This document shows, piece by piece, positions 39,018 through 49,394 of a stretch of 64,000 nt of DNA. This DNA comes from a candidate division FCPU426 bacterium (lineage in GTDB: Bacteria > Oederibacteriota > Muellerivitia > Muellerivitales > Muellerivitaceae). Under the pieces are notes generated by a model. The model did no database searches and had not been told where the DNA came from. It saw nothing but the letters and a program-made list of their open reading frames with translations. Position 1 is the stretch's first letter. Every line of letters starts with the position of its first letter. The stretch spans positions 96,001-160,000 of the forward strand of contig CAWCKJ010000010.1 in the NCBI GenBank assembly GCA_963796105.1, given 5' to 3'. Both the position numbers and the translations under genes were made by a program.

Positions 39018-40547
39018 ATGGCTTACGTGATCGGCTGTGACATCGGGACTTCCGGAACCAAGGCCATCGTGGTCTCCGAGACGGGCAAGGTCTTGTCCAA
39101 AGTTACGGTGGAATACCCCCTTTCCACACCCCATCCCGGTTGGGCGGAACAGCACCCCGACACCTGGGTGAAGGCGGCGGAGGAAGCCATCGCCTCGGCT
39201 GTGAAAATCGCGAGGGCTAAGCCTGGGGAAGTCCGGGCCTTAGGTTTTTCAGGCCAGATGCATTCCTCCGTGTTTCTCGACAAGACGGGAAAAGTTTTAA
39301 GACCAGCCCTTCTTTGGTGTGATACCCGCACTCACGAGGAATGCGTGGAAATCACCAGGAAAATCGGCGAGAAGAACTTGAAGGCCTGGGTCTCCAATCC
39401 CGCGTTGGAGGGATTCACTCTTCCGAAAATCCTCTGGGTGCGAAAACACGAGCCGAAGGTTTATGCCAAAATCGCCCAGGTCATGATGCCCAAGGATTAC
39501 GTCCGCTTCTGTCTCACGGGGGAGTACGCCACGGAGGTTTCGGACGCGGCGGGGACCCTTTATTTCGACGTGAGGAACCGCAGTTGGTCGAAGGAAATCC
39601 TCGGGAAACTCAATATTCCCCTGGCCTGGTTCCCAAGAGTGGTGGAATCCCAGGATGTCTGCGGGCGTCTCACGCCGAAGGCGGCGAAGACCCTGGGCCT
39701 CGCGGCGGGAACCCCGGTGGTGGGGGGAGGCGCGGACAATACCTGCGGCGCCGTGGGAAACGGGATCATCAAGTTGGGGGATGTCATGGCCAGCTTGGGG
39801 ACCTCCGGCGTTTTCTTCGCGCACTCGGACCAGATCAAGGTGGATCCCGGCATGAGGGCGCATACTTTCTGCCACAGTGTTCCCAAGAAGTGGTATTTGA
39901 TGGGAGTCATGCTCTCCGCCGGGTTCTCGCTGAGGTGGTACAGGGACAATTTGGGATTGAGGGAAAAGGAATTGGCTATCAAGGCTGGGAAAGATCCCTA
40001 CAACGTCTTGAGCGACCAAGCTTCCAAAATCCAGGAGGGAAGCGAAGGATTGCTATTCCTCCCTTACCTGATGGGGGAGAGGACCCCGCACAAGGACCCC
40101 CACGCGCGGGGAGCCTTCGTGGGAGTGAGCGCGCGCCACGGGCGGGCACATTTCGCGCGAGCGGTATTCGAGGGGATCACCTTCGGCATGAGGGATTCCT
40201 TGGAGATTTTCAAGGAACTTCATGTTCCCGTCCGAAGGGTGGTCGCCACCGGGGGAGGCGCTGTGAATCCCTTCTGGCGCCAATTGCAGGCGGACATCTA
40301 CGGTGAGGAGGTCGCGACGGTCAACAGCCAGGAAGGCCCGGCATTCGGGGCCGCGATCCTCGCGATGGTGGGGGTCGGAGTTTACAGAACGGTTCCGGAA
40401 GCCTGCTCCAAACTCATCCGGGTTTCCAGCCATACCTACCCCCGGAAAGCCTCTCATCGGAAATACAATGACTGGTACGCCGAGTTCAGGAAGCTTTACC
40501 CGGCCCTGAAGCCGTCTTTCGCCTCGATCGGAAGAAAACTCACTTAG
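39018..40547 (+). CDS. xylB: Xylulokinase
   Basis: IG.DIGTSG.K, SGQMHS, LWCDTR, GGADN, SLGTSG, GERTPH. Confidence 0.95.
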   Translation: MAYVIGCDIGTSGTKAIVVSETGKVLSKVTVEYPLSTPHPGWAEQHPDTWVKAAEEAIASAVKIARAKPGEVRALGFSGQMHSSVFLDKTGKVLRPALLWCDTRTHEECVEITRKIGEKNLKAWVSNPALEGFTLPKILWVRKHEPKVYAKIAQVMMPKDYVRFCLTGEYATEVSDAAGTLYFDVRNRSWSKEILGKLNIPLAWFPRVVESQDVCGRLTPKAAKTLGLAAGTPVVGGGADNTCGAVGNGIIKLGDVMASLGTSGVFFAHSDQIKVDPGMRAHTFCHSVPKKWYLMGVMLSAGFSLRWYRDNLGLREKELAIKAGKDPYNVLSDQASKIQEGSEGLLFLPYLMGERTPHKDPHARGAFVGVSARHGRAHFARAVFEGITFGMRDSLEIFKELHVPVRRVVATGGGAVNPFWRQLQADIYGEEVATVNSQEGPAFGAAILAMVGVGVYRTVPEACSKLIRVSSHTYPRKASHRKYNDWYAEFRKLYPALKPSFASIGRKLT

Positions 40548-40623
40548 GTACGGTATGTTTATTTCAGACTGATTGAAACCTTTCACAGCCTTTCTTGATA
40601 TTTTTCACTTACGGGTATAATTT

Positions 40624-42036
40624 CACTGCTGTCCTAGATAAACCTATTTGTCTTTGAACCTCCCAGGAAAACAAGCGATTTAGGACAGGCTCGTGAATTT
40701 TCTGGGATAAGCCCCCCCTCTTTCGTCCTGATGCTGTCCAAATTAAGAATGTATTAATTCCATCTGCTTTTCCAAAGGTTCCAGTCTCGCCACTAGGAAC
40801 GGTGCATCCAACCAGGCCCACAAATCACGATAGGTCAACAGGTTCATCCGTAGCATGGCAGCCAAGTGGGATAAACTCCAGGCGATCCGGCTCTTCAATT
40901 GAAGGAACTTCAACAGTAGCATGGCAATCAATGCTGTCCAAATCTGCGTCTGAACGGCATTCTCAGTGGTACCCACAAAAGTTTTTACCCGGAGGTTCTG
41001 CTTGAGAGCCTTGAAAAACAACTCGATCTGCCAACGTTCCTTGTAAATGGCACCCACCGTCGAGGCGGCAAAACCCATGTGGTTGGTCAGGAACACCAAC
41101 TCCCGCTTCTGGTCTTCGTCCCATACCACCACCCGTCGCATCTCTTTAGGGTAGGCTTCATGTGACCGAAACGTCGTCAACCGTATCACCTGGTCCTTCA
41201 AGACGTTGCCCGTTTTCGGAACCGTCAGGCTTTTCACCACCTCGTAGGCCATGTTGATCTTGGCCCGGGTCACCCACCACACGCCTTGGAATGTCCATCG
41301 GGCCAGAAGAAAGAAATCCACATACCCCCGATCCATCACCACGATTGAATCCACTGGAAAATCGAGCTTTTGGGCCACCTTCACGTCATGCGTGCCTCCC
41401 TCCGTTACGAGTCCCCAGCAGGGCAAGTACCCCTGATGGTCCAGCAGAAGATGGAGTTTGATGGCCCCTTTGGTTCTACGGAATTTCGCCCAGTCGAACA
41501 CTGACAAACAAAGGTCGATGGTGCTGGAATCCAGGCTATAAAGAGGATTTTTAAACCTGAATTTTCTTTTTGAGGTGGCCGCCAACAACTGGCACTTCGA
41601 TAATAAATGGTAAAAAAGCTTTTGTTGAACCCGCCAAGAACGCTTGGCGTTGGCATAGGCCAAGGTGGATTTAGTGGGAGCTTTGCAAAGACCCAAGTGG
41701 GTCAATTTCCCAAGGGCCGTACTGAGGCCGCCACAGATTTCCCTCAAGGAATGGGCTGCTCCCATCTGGCAGAAAAGCATGGAAACAAACTGATCCCAGC
41801 AACTGAATCCCTTGGAGTGCTTTTCGGCTTCAATCTCTCGCACGATTCGCTCAAAAGCGGTTCGGTCTACGAGTTTCAACACTTGGGCAAATAGACTGGT
41901 TGGTGGTACCATAAAAAAGCGCCTCCGTATGTTTGAAGTAGCGACGGCTGGTAACCGTTGCTTTGGGCTGTCATCAAATCCAATTCTACTTCAATCGGAG
42001 GCGTCTTTTTTTAGGCCTTTATTTAGGACAAGAGTG
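40624..42036 (-). mobile_element. IS4-family insertion sequence
   Basis: TIRs CACTGCTGTCCTAGATAAA / CACTCTTGTCCTAAATAAA (16/19); 9-bp TSD GTATAATTT at 40615-40623 and 42037-42045. Confidence 0.92.
40743..41912 (-). CDS. IS4-family transposase
   Basis: LDSSTI, K.HL, VMDRGY, YKERWQIELFFK (YREK) motifs. Confidence 0.95.
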   Translation of the reverse strand: MVPPTSLFAQVLKLVDRTAFERIVREIEAEKHSKGFSCWDQFVSMLFCQMGAAHSLREICGGLSTALGKLTHLGLCKAPTKSTLAYANAKRSWRVQQKLFYHLLSKCQLLAATSKRKFRFKNPLYSLDSSTIDLCLSVFDWAKFRRTKGAIKLHLLLDHQGYLPCWGLVTEGGTHDVKVAQKLDFPVDSIVVMDRGYVDFFLLARWTFQGVWWVTRAKINMAYEVVKSLTVPKTGNVLKDQVIRLTTFRSHEAYPKEMRRVVVWDEDQKRELVFLTNHMGFAASTVGAIYKERWQIELFFKALKQNLRVKTFVGTTENAVQTQIWTALIAMLLLKFLQLKSRIAWSLSHLAAMLRMNLLTYRDLWAWLDAPFLVARLEPLEKQMELIHS

Positions 42037-42101
42037 GTATAATTTCAATAATCGCTTCTTGGATCGCCTGAAAGCGAATTTAAATTCGTTAGAGGAAAAC
42101 C

Positions 42102-43099
42102 ATGGTCTTTTCCCGAGCCTGGGCCGCCTGTTTCATTTTAAACATAGGGGTTTTGGGGGGCTATGGCTGCAAGCGCCAAATCGCCACACCGGTTTTAGTT
42201 GTTGCCGGGAAGGATTGGACCCAATCCACCACCAGCACTGTTTTCACCCCCAGGTATTACCAGACGGGAGTGGTCTATAACTCGAAGATGTGGATAATCG
42301 GAGGCAACGCGGGCAACTGGAATTACCTGAATGACGTCTGGTCATCTACTAATGGAACCGCTTGGAGCCAGGCCACGACCAATGCCGGATTCTCCCAGAG
42401 ATACGCCCTTTCCTCTTTAGTCTATGGCGGGAAAATGTGGGTCATCGGCGGTTACGATTCTAACGGCTTGTTCCAAAACGATGTCTGGTCCTCTTCCGAC
42501 GGGGTTACTTGGACACCTGTCACATCTGCCGCTTCCTTCAGCGGCAGGGCCGCGATGGGCTGTGTGGTTTTCAATAACGCCATGTATGTTATCGGGGGTT
42601 TTTCCCCTTCTTTGGCGGGGAGCAAAACGATGTTTGGACTTCAACCGACGGGGCCAATTGGTCGCCTGTGACCATGACCGCTGCTTTTCAGCCCCGAAGT
42701 ATTTTTAGCTGCGTCGTCAATAACGGGAAGATATGGCTGATCACAGGACTCAGCACCCAGGGAAAAACCGCCACAGTATATGATGATGTCTGGAGTTCCG
42801 CCGACGGAGCCCATTGGACCCAGGCCGCCGCCACCGTGGCATTCTCTGGGCGCTATGCCCAGACCTCCGTGGTTTATAACAATGACCTATGGGTGATTGG
42901 CGGGAATGTTGGGCTGGCACCCTTCCTCAATGACGTGTATTCCTCATCAGATGGGGCCAATTGGAACCAGGTTTCCCCTGGCGCGGCTTTTTCCGGCAGA
43001 TGCGACCATACCAGCCTGGTCTTCAACGGAAAAATGTGGGTGCTCGGGGGACTGGACTCGAATTCAAACCCCCTCAACGATGTTTGGCACTCGCCCTGA
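42102..43099 (+). pseudogene. Kelch-like beta-propeller protein split by a -1 frameshift
   Basis: Repeats KMW(I/V)IGG...NDVWSS.DG..W in both ORFs; the -1 frame reads FGGEQNDVWTSTDGANW from 42611. Confidence 0.8.
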
Positions 43100-43116
43100 A
43101 GGGTTGTTTGGAGGGG

Positions 43117-44271
43117 TTAGAACCGGATCGCCGCGTCCATGGCCCCGCCCACCGCGATGGCGTCCTGGATGGCCGGGAGACTCCTGGTCACGAAGGATAG
43201 ATCCAGGGTGAATTTCGCGGATTGGTAGCCGATCCCGAAACACCACATCTGGGAATTGGAAATATCATCGTTGAAGGTCCCCAGCCGGATCACCAGGTTG
43301 TTCTCGGGATAAAAACGCTCCATGCCGAATTTCCAGCGGGTTTCCTTCGAGACCCAAATGACATCCCCCTCCAGCACGATGTTCTTATCCTGCGGCGCGA
43401 TTACCAGCCCGAAGTCCGTGGCGTAGGGGAAATTCGCGTTGAGGGTCAGATTTTGGGTGGAGGCCACGGTTTCCCGGCCAGCCGAGTCCAGTTGGATCGT
43501 TTGCCTTTGGGCGGTCCAGTTGAAGTTGGATTGGATGTTCTGGAGCATGAGACCTGCCTGGAGGGTTTGGTTCAGGTTGGCGAAGAGCCCCGCGTCAATG
43601 CTCAATCCCAAACCGGATGAGGCGGTGGTTTTGGTGTAATTGTAGCCCCCGGTGACAGCCGTGTTATAGGTTCCCGTCAAACTTGTGTTGTTGTATTCAA
43701 TGCCGTCGTGGTACTTGAGGCTTCCCCCAATGGATAAAAAAGGAATGCTTCCCAGGGGAAGGGGATTGGAGTAGCCCACGATCAATGTCGCGATTTGCCG
43801 CTTGGTTTTCTGGTAATTCAAGGAATAGGTGGTGCCGGCGGAAAGATTGTTCGCATCCCGTTCATGGAAGAAGGCCATGGAGCCGTTGGAGGCGTTCTGG
43901 CTCAGGTCCTGGTTCCAAAGGACACCCCCGGCCATATTCATGTATTTCGCGACGAAGAGGCCGGTGTATTGCTGAAGGCGCTTGAAGGGGTTGGCCCCGG
44001 ACTGGAGGGCGGTGTCATCCGTCAATTTGAGGATGGGCGTGCTGGTGTTGCTGGTATCGAAGGCCGAGTAGCCTGATGCCACGGTCCAAACATGGGGGTT
44101 GGTCGCGCTGTCGGGAAGGGACAGGAGGGCCGGGTTCCAGTAAAGCCCGAAAGCCCCCATGGGGGCCGCGGATGTGGCCCCGCCGATGGCCATGCTATGG
44201 GCGTCCTGGGCTGACGCCGTCTTGGCCATGAGAAGAAGGACGATTAACGCTTGTTTCCAGCTTTGTTTCAT
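43117..44271 (-). CDS. Putative outer-membrane beta-barrel (FadL/TraF-like N-terminus)
   Basis: Signal peptide, A.SMAIGGA...LYWNPA.L, amphipathic strands, terminal Phe. Confidence 0.7.
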   Translation of the reverse strand: MKQSWKQALIVLLLMAKTASAQDAHSMAIGGATSAAPMGAFGLYWNPALLSLPDSATNPHVWTVASGYSAFDTSNTSTPILKLTDDTALQSGANPFKRLQQYTGLFVAKYMNMAGGVLWNQDLSQNASNGSMAFFHERDANNLSAGTTYSLNYQKTKRQIATLIVGYSNPLPLGSIPFLSIGGSLKYHDGIEYNNTSLTGTYNTAVTGGYNYTKTTASSGLGLSIDAGLFANLNQTLQAGLMLQNIQSNFNWTAQRQTIQLDSAGRETVASTQNLTLNANFPYATDFGLVIAPQDKNIVLEGDVIWVSKETRWKFGMERFYPENNLVIRLGTFNDDISNSQMWCFGIGYQSAKFTLDLSFVTRSLPAIQDAIAVGGAMDAAIRF

Positions 44272-44566
44272 GGGCGTAGTTTACTCATTGAAAAGACCCA
44301 AATCAAAAGAGTTATTCGGGAATAGGACAAACCCGCTTGATTCCTGGGGGGGGGCCACCGCTTTTCCCATCACCCGCTTGGTGGTCGGGCTTGAACTCGT
44401 CGCTCCATCTCGGGGTTTTTTCAGACTTGTGACCACTTGAGGATTATCAGGGGTTTAGGTTCCGGGGTCGGAGAAAATGAGCGGCAAGGGCCTTAACCCG
44501 CTTTTAAAAATACGGATTTGTGGTAAACTCCGTTCATTTTACAGGTGTTTCCAGGAGGTTTTTCCC

Positions 44567-45613
44567 ATGAAATCAAATTTCAAGTTGGCCTTATTGGCGT
44601 CCGCGGCCTTGCTGGCGGCCCAGGGGGTTCAATCCCAAACGGCTTCAAGCACACCAAGCTCCAGCGCTGCTTCGGCTGGAAAGCCCCCCAAAATTGTTTG
44701 CTTCCACCCGAACTTTGATTTCCACGATCAGGAGGAAGGACCCGATATCACCCACTTGTTTACCATCCGGAACGTCGGAAAAGGCACCTTGATCATTAAT
44801 AATGTCGGCACTTCCTGCGGCTGTACCGCCGCGGTAGTGGACAACAAGGAAATTCCTCCGGGCGGCAAGGGCAAGATCAAGGTCACCTACCATACCAGCG
44901 GCCGTCCAGGGCACGCCGAGAAGACCATCACGGTTTCCTCCAATGACCCGGTAAACGGCAACTTTCAGTTGAAAATTCAAATGACGGTCGTGCGTGAGAT
45001 CGACACCATGCCGGACCGGCTTTACCTCTTCAATATCAAGAAGGGAGAGGCCCGTAGTTCCATGGTCACCATCCTCGGGCGCCCAGGCAACAATTTAGAA
45101 GTCACCTCCGCCGAGAGCACCAATAAAATCGTGACGGTCGCCTTGACGCCCTACGCCCAGCCGACTCCCGGCTCGGAAAGGCAGGGCGGCGTTTTAAAAG
45201 TGGACTTACCGGCCACCCTGGCGATCGGGAATTTCACCGACGATATCCAGGTCAAGACCAACGATCCCAAGAAGCCTCAGATCGACGTGCAGGTCATGGG
45301 GGAAATCGTGGGCCGAATCCAATTGAACAACAAGAACCTCTTTTTCGGGCCCCACCAGGAAAGCCCCAGCACGGTGAATATCACGGTGGACCATCCCCAG
45401 GGTTTCGCCATCCGGAAGGTGGAGTCCTTTAAGCACTTGGCCAAGCCTTCCATCAAGAAAAATGTCCTGCCGGACGGATCGGACCAATACATCCTATCGG
45501 TTACGGTCGTGAAGAACCTTCCGAAGGACAGCGACGGGAAAGACCAGGTGTTCATCTACACCAACGATCCGGAACAGCCCAAACTCACGGTGGATGTGAC
45601 CATCAATCACTGA
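44567..45613 (+). CDS. Secreted Ig-like protein (DUF1573 type)
   Basis: RBS AGGAGG, signal peptide, F.I.N.G...L.I..V.TSCGCTA, K.ITV.SNDP. Confidence 0.85.
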   Translation: MKSNFKLALLASAALLAAQGVQSQTASSTPSSSAASAGKPPKIVCFHPNFDFHDQEEGPDITHLFTIRNVGKGTLIINNVGTSCGCTAAVVDNKEIPPGGKGKIKVTYHTSGRPGHAEKTITVSSNDPVNGNFQLKIQMTVVREIDTMPDRLYLFNIKKGEARSSMVTILGRPGNNLEVTSAESTNKIVTVALTPYAQPTPGSERQGGVLKVDLPATLAIGNFTDDIQVKTNDPKKPQIDVQVMGEIVGRIQLNNKNLFFGPHQESPSTVNITVDHPQGFAIRKVESFKHLAKPSIKKNVLPDGSDQYILSVTVVKNLPKDSDGKDQVFIYTNDPEQPKLTVDVTINH

Positions 45614-45842
45614 CGGCCGCGAGGCTTGAAATTCACTCATCAGGCCTGAGCTTTCCGCTATTCGGGCTGTTTTAAAGCCATTCGACTCAAATCCACTTCT
45701 GACGCGAAAATGAAGGCGACCGCCTTCTTTTTCGTTTTTGGTGGGGGCCCCTCCGCTTCTTCGGTTAGAATAATCCCCCGGGTTTTGAATGAATTTCCCC
45801 CAAGCTCGAGGATTTCCTGGTAAACCGGATCAAAGAGAACAA

Positions 45843-47678
45843 ATGAAGACGACTTCTGAAAAGACAATGACTGAATCCCCAAAACCCAAGCTTTCCCTCA
45901 ACATCTACATGAGGCTCCTGGCCTATGGCAGGGATTATCCCTGGCGGATCAAGCTCTTGGGGCTTTCCATGGTGCTGTCCGCGCTGTCCACCTCATTCGT
46001 CATGTACCAGTTGAAACCCATCATGGACGGGACTTTCGTCGTCACCGACAATCCCGCGGAGAAATTCAGCCATTTGATCTATTACGTCCTTCCCCTCACT
46101 TTCGGGGCCGCGGTGATCCGAGCTGTCTCGGGTTACGCCCAGCAGTATTACATCGGCTATCTCGCCCAGCAGATCATCCAAAAACTGCGAAACAACCTTT
46201 ACGCGCATTTTCTCACCCTGCCGATGGCCTACTTCAATTCCCACAGGACCGGGGGTCTTGCCACCCGCATCACCAGCGACGTCCAGAAACTGCAGGACTC
46301 CATCACGAATGTGGTGGGAGGGGGGATCACCTCCAGCCTGACGGCCTTGTCGCTGATCGGGGTGATCGTCTATCTGGACTGGCAAATGGCCCTGATCGCC
46401 CTGGTGGTGTTTCCCCTGGCGCTTTTTCCCATCTATAGGTACGGCCGGAAGATCCGGCACGCTTCCGGGGAGCAGCAACAGCACCTGGCCGACTTGAACT
46501 CGCAAATCCACGAGACCCTCTCGGGAATCCGGGTCGTGAAAGCCTTCGGCATGGAGCCTTATGAGAGGAACAAGTTCCAGAAAACCAACGAGAAATTCCG
46601 GCAGACCACCATGAGGTCCATCCGGGCTTTCGCGGCCTCCTCGCCCATCGTGGAAATGATCGCGACGGTCGCCTTGATGGTGCTCATGGTCTGGCTGGCG
46701 AAAAGGGCGCTTTTCCCGCCCAGGGACTTGACCGTGGGCCAATTCGTGGCTTTTTTCGGGGCCACGGCCAGCCTTTACCCCCAGCTGAAGAATTTCAACG
46801 GTCTCTGGTCCGGCCTCCAGAACGCGGTGGCCTCGGCGGAGAGGTGTTTTGAGATTCTCGATACCCCCGATCCCATGAGGGACGAGAAGGGCGCGGTGGA
46901 AGTGGGGGTCTTGAGGAAATCCCTGGAATTCAGGAACATCAGTTTCGAGTACGTGCCGGGCCATCAGGTCCTCAAGGAGATTTCCTTTTCCGTGGAAAAG
47001 GGCGAGGTGGTGGCGCTCGTGGGGCCCTCCGGGGGGGGGAAGACCACCTTGGTGGATTTGATCCCGCGTTTTTACCATCCCACCTCCGGGGTGATCCTTT
47101 GGGACGGGCAGGACATCGCCAAGACCAAAATGGATTCCCTCCGGTCCAACATCGCTGTCGTGACCCAGGAAACCATCCTTTTCCACGATACCATCACGAG
47201 GAACATCGCCTATGGCAAGCCAACAGCCGATTTCTGGGACGTGCAAAAGGCGGCCCAGGCGGCCTATGCCAACGATTTCATTGTCAATTCCCCCCAGGGT
47301 TTCAACACGGTCATCGGCGAGAGGGGCGTGAAACTTTCAGGCGGCCAGAGGCAGCGCCTGGCCATCGCGCGAGCCATCCTGAAAAATCCACCCTTCCTGA
47401 TCCTGGATGAGGCCACCTCGGCCTTGGATAACGAAAGCGAGCAATTGGTCCAAAAGGCGTTGGATGAGCTCATGGGAAACCGCACCACGCTGGTCATAGC
47501 CCACCGCCTCTCCACCGTCCGGAAAGCCCACAGGATCCTGGTCATCGACAAGGGGCGCATCGTGGAAGAAGGGAAGCACTCGACTCTCCTGGCCAAGGGA
47601 GGGCTATACGCCAAGCTGTATAAAATGCAGTTTCGGGACATGACCCATAAGGACTTGCAAGAAGCGGGTGAGGCATAA
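45843..47678 (+). CDS. msbA: Lipid A export ABC transporter MsbA-like
   Basis: TMD plus NBD (GPSGGGKT, LSGGQRQR, ILDEATS, AHRLST); LPS gene context. Confidence 0.85.
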   Translation: MKTTSEKTMTESPKPKLSLNIYMRLLAYGRDYPWRIKLLGLSMVLSALSTSFVMYQLKPIMDGTFVVTDNPAEKFSHLIYYVLPLTFGAAVIRAVSGYAQQYYIGYLAQQIIQKLRNNLYAHFLTLPMAYFNSHRTGGLATRITSDVQKLQDSITNVVGGGITSSLTALSLIGVIVYLDWQMALIALVVFPLALFPIYRYGRKIRHASGEQQQHLADLNSQIHETLSGIRVVKAFGMEPYERNKFQKTNEKFRQTTMRSIRAFAASSPIVEMIATVALMVLMVWLAKRALFPPRDLTVGQFVAFFGATASLYPQLKNFNGLWSGLQNAVASAERCFEILDTPDPMRDEKGAVEVGVLRKSLEFRNISFEYVPGHQVLKEISFSVEKGEVVALVGPSGGGKTTLVDLIPRFYHPTSGVILWDGQDIAKTKMDSLRSNIAVVTQETILFHDTITRNIAYGKPTADFWDVQKAAQAAYANDFIVNSPQGFNTVIGERGVKLSGGQRQRLAIARAILKNPPFLILDEATSALDNESEQLVQKALDELMGNRTTLVIAHRLSTVRKAHRILVIDKGRIVEEGKHSTLLAKGGLYAKLYKMQFRDMTHKDLQEAGEA

Positions 47679-47685
47679 GGTGCGG

Positions 47686-48285
47686 ATGAAAAGAATGAAA
47701 CGCCCTGCGGTCTTCCTGGACCGCGATGGAACCTTGATCCGGGACGCCCATTACCTCAAGCATCCGGACCAAATGCGGTTTTTTTCCAAGACGGCAGAGG
47801 CCTTGAAATTGCTTCGAAAAGCTGGGTTTTACCTGTTCTTGGTGACCAACCAGTCCGGCGTGGCTCGCGGTTTTTTTTCGGAAAGCATGGTGAAGAAAAT
47901 CCACGGGAAGATGCGGTCCTATCTCGCGTCTAAGGGAACTGGAGTGCACGCTTATTTTTATTGCCCCCACTTCAAGGGCGGGAAAGTAAAATCCTTGAGC
48001 AAGGATTGCGGCTGTCGCAAACCGAAACCAGGGATGGTGCTGGCGGCGTCAAGGCGTTACCCGGTGGATCTCAAGCGTAGTTTCATGGTTGGGGATAAGA
48101 TGGATGACGCCTTGCTGGCGCGAAACGCCCGTTTGGGGGGAATAGTCTTGGTCCTGACGGGGAATGGCCGGAAAAGCCAAAAGGCGTTCCGGGAAATGAG
48201 GATGAGGAACGCCGAAGTCAAAGCGGATATCCTCCAGGCGGCCAAGTGGATTGTCCGGCAAGTGCCGACTGGGGCGAAACGGTAG
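47686..48285 (+). CDS. gmhB: D-glycero-D-manno-heptose 1,7-bisphosphate phosphatase
   Basis: FLDRDGT, VTNQSG.ARG, CPH...C.CRKP.PGM, VGD...D. Confidence 0.9.
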   Translation: MKRMKRPAVFLDRDGTLIRDAHYLKHPDQMRFFSKTAEALKLLRKAGFYLFLVTNQSGVARGFFSESMVKKIHGKMRSYLASKGTGVHAYFYCPHFKGGKVKSLSKDCGCRKPKPGMVLAASRRYPVDLKRSFMVGDKMDDALLARNARLGGIVLVLTGNGRKSQKAFREMRMRNAEVKADILQAAKWIVRQVPTGAKR

Positions 48286-48347
48286 TTTCTAGTTGCGAGT
48301 AACGGCGATGATACGAAAATAGCGAACAATAAGACCCAAAGGTGCCC

Positions 48348-49358
48348 ATGAAAAAACCGATATTTCCAAACGATTTCGAGCCGAAGGCCTCGGCGCTTTT
48401 AAAGAAGTTCAAAAAGATCCGCCTCATGGTGGCGGGGGACCTGATGGTGGACGAGGCTGTTTACGGCGATTCCGAGCGAATCTCCCGTGAGGCGCCGGTG
48501 TTGATCCTGCGCTATACCCACACGGACCTCATCCCGGGCGGTGCGGCCAACGCCGCCAACAACGCCAGGGACCTGGGGGCTGAGGTTTTCCCGCTGGGAG
48601 TGGTCGGCGATGACGAGCAGGGCCACAAGCTTCTCCGCTATTTCAAAATGAAGAAAATGGACACTTCCGGGGTGGTGGCGGTGAAACACCGCCACACCAC
48701 CGTGAAGTCGCGCATCATGGCCGGCGCCCACCATACGGCGAAACAGCAGGTGATCCGCATCGATAAGATCGACGAGAGGGATGTTTCCAGGGGAGTGGAG
48801 GCCAAGCTGGTGGGAAGGGTCACGGCCCTGGCCCCCCGCATGGATGCCCTTCTCATATCCGACTACGGACTTGGCGTGATGACCGAGGCGCTTCGCAGGA
48901 CCCTTCTGTCGGCCTTTGAGGGGAAAATCATCACGGTGGATTCCCGCTACAGGCTGGGCGAATATAAAGGCGCCACCCTGGTCACCCCCAATGTCGCGGA
49001 AGCGGGGCCGGCGGCTGGCATAGAGATCGAGAACGAGGCGGGCCTGCTGAAAGCCGGGAAGACTCTTCAAGAGAAACTGGGCTGCAATGTTCTTATCACG
49101 CAGGGGCCCCAAGGCATGGCGCTGTTCGACCTTAAAGGCGGGATGACCCGCCTGCCTGTTTACGGCATCGACCAGCCGGTGGACCCTACGGGCGCGGGGG
49201 ACACGGTGGCGGTCGCGGCCACCCTGGCTTTGGCCGCGGGCGAGGATTTGCGGACGGCGGGAGCCCTGGCCACCCTGGCGGCGGGGCAAGTGGTCGCCAA
49301 GCGGGGAACGGCCACGACAAACGCCGAGGAAATCCTGTCGGCATTGAGGGCGAAATAA
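48348..49358 (+). CDS. Heptose 7-phosphate kinase (HldA/RfaE domain I), copy 1
   Basis: GDLMVD, RISREAPV, GGAAN.A.N, SDYG.G, TPN, GAGDTV. Confidence 0.88.
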   Translation: MKKPIFPNDFEPKASALLKKFKKIRLMVAGDLMVDEAVYGDSERISREAPVLILRYTHTDLIPGGAANAANNARDLGAEVFPLGVVGDDEQGHKLLRYFKMKKMDTSGVVAVKHRHTTVKSRIMAGAHHTAKQQVIRIDKIDERDVSRGVEAKLVGRVTALAPRMDALLISDYGLGVMTEALRRTLLSAFEGKIITVDSRYRLGEYKGATLVTPNVAEAGPAAGIEIENEAGLLKAGKTLQEKLGCNVLITQGPQGMALFDLKGGMTRLPVYGIDQPVDPTGAGDTVAVAATLALAAGEDLRTAGALATLAAGQVVAKRGTATTNAEEILSALRAK

Positions 49359-49394
49359 GGTTTACCGCTTTTCATCAAAACCAAATGAGGTGAT

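Noticed and set aside
31832..42036. Composite transposon carrying the xylose locus
   Set aside because: The flanking IS are from different families and each has its own TSD, so the insertions were independent
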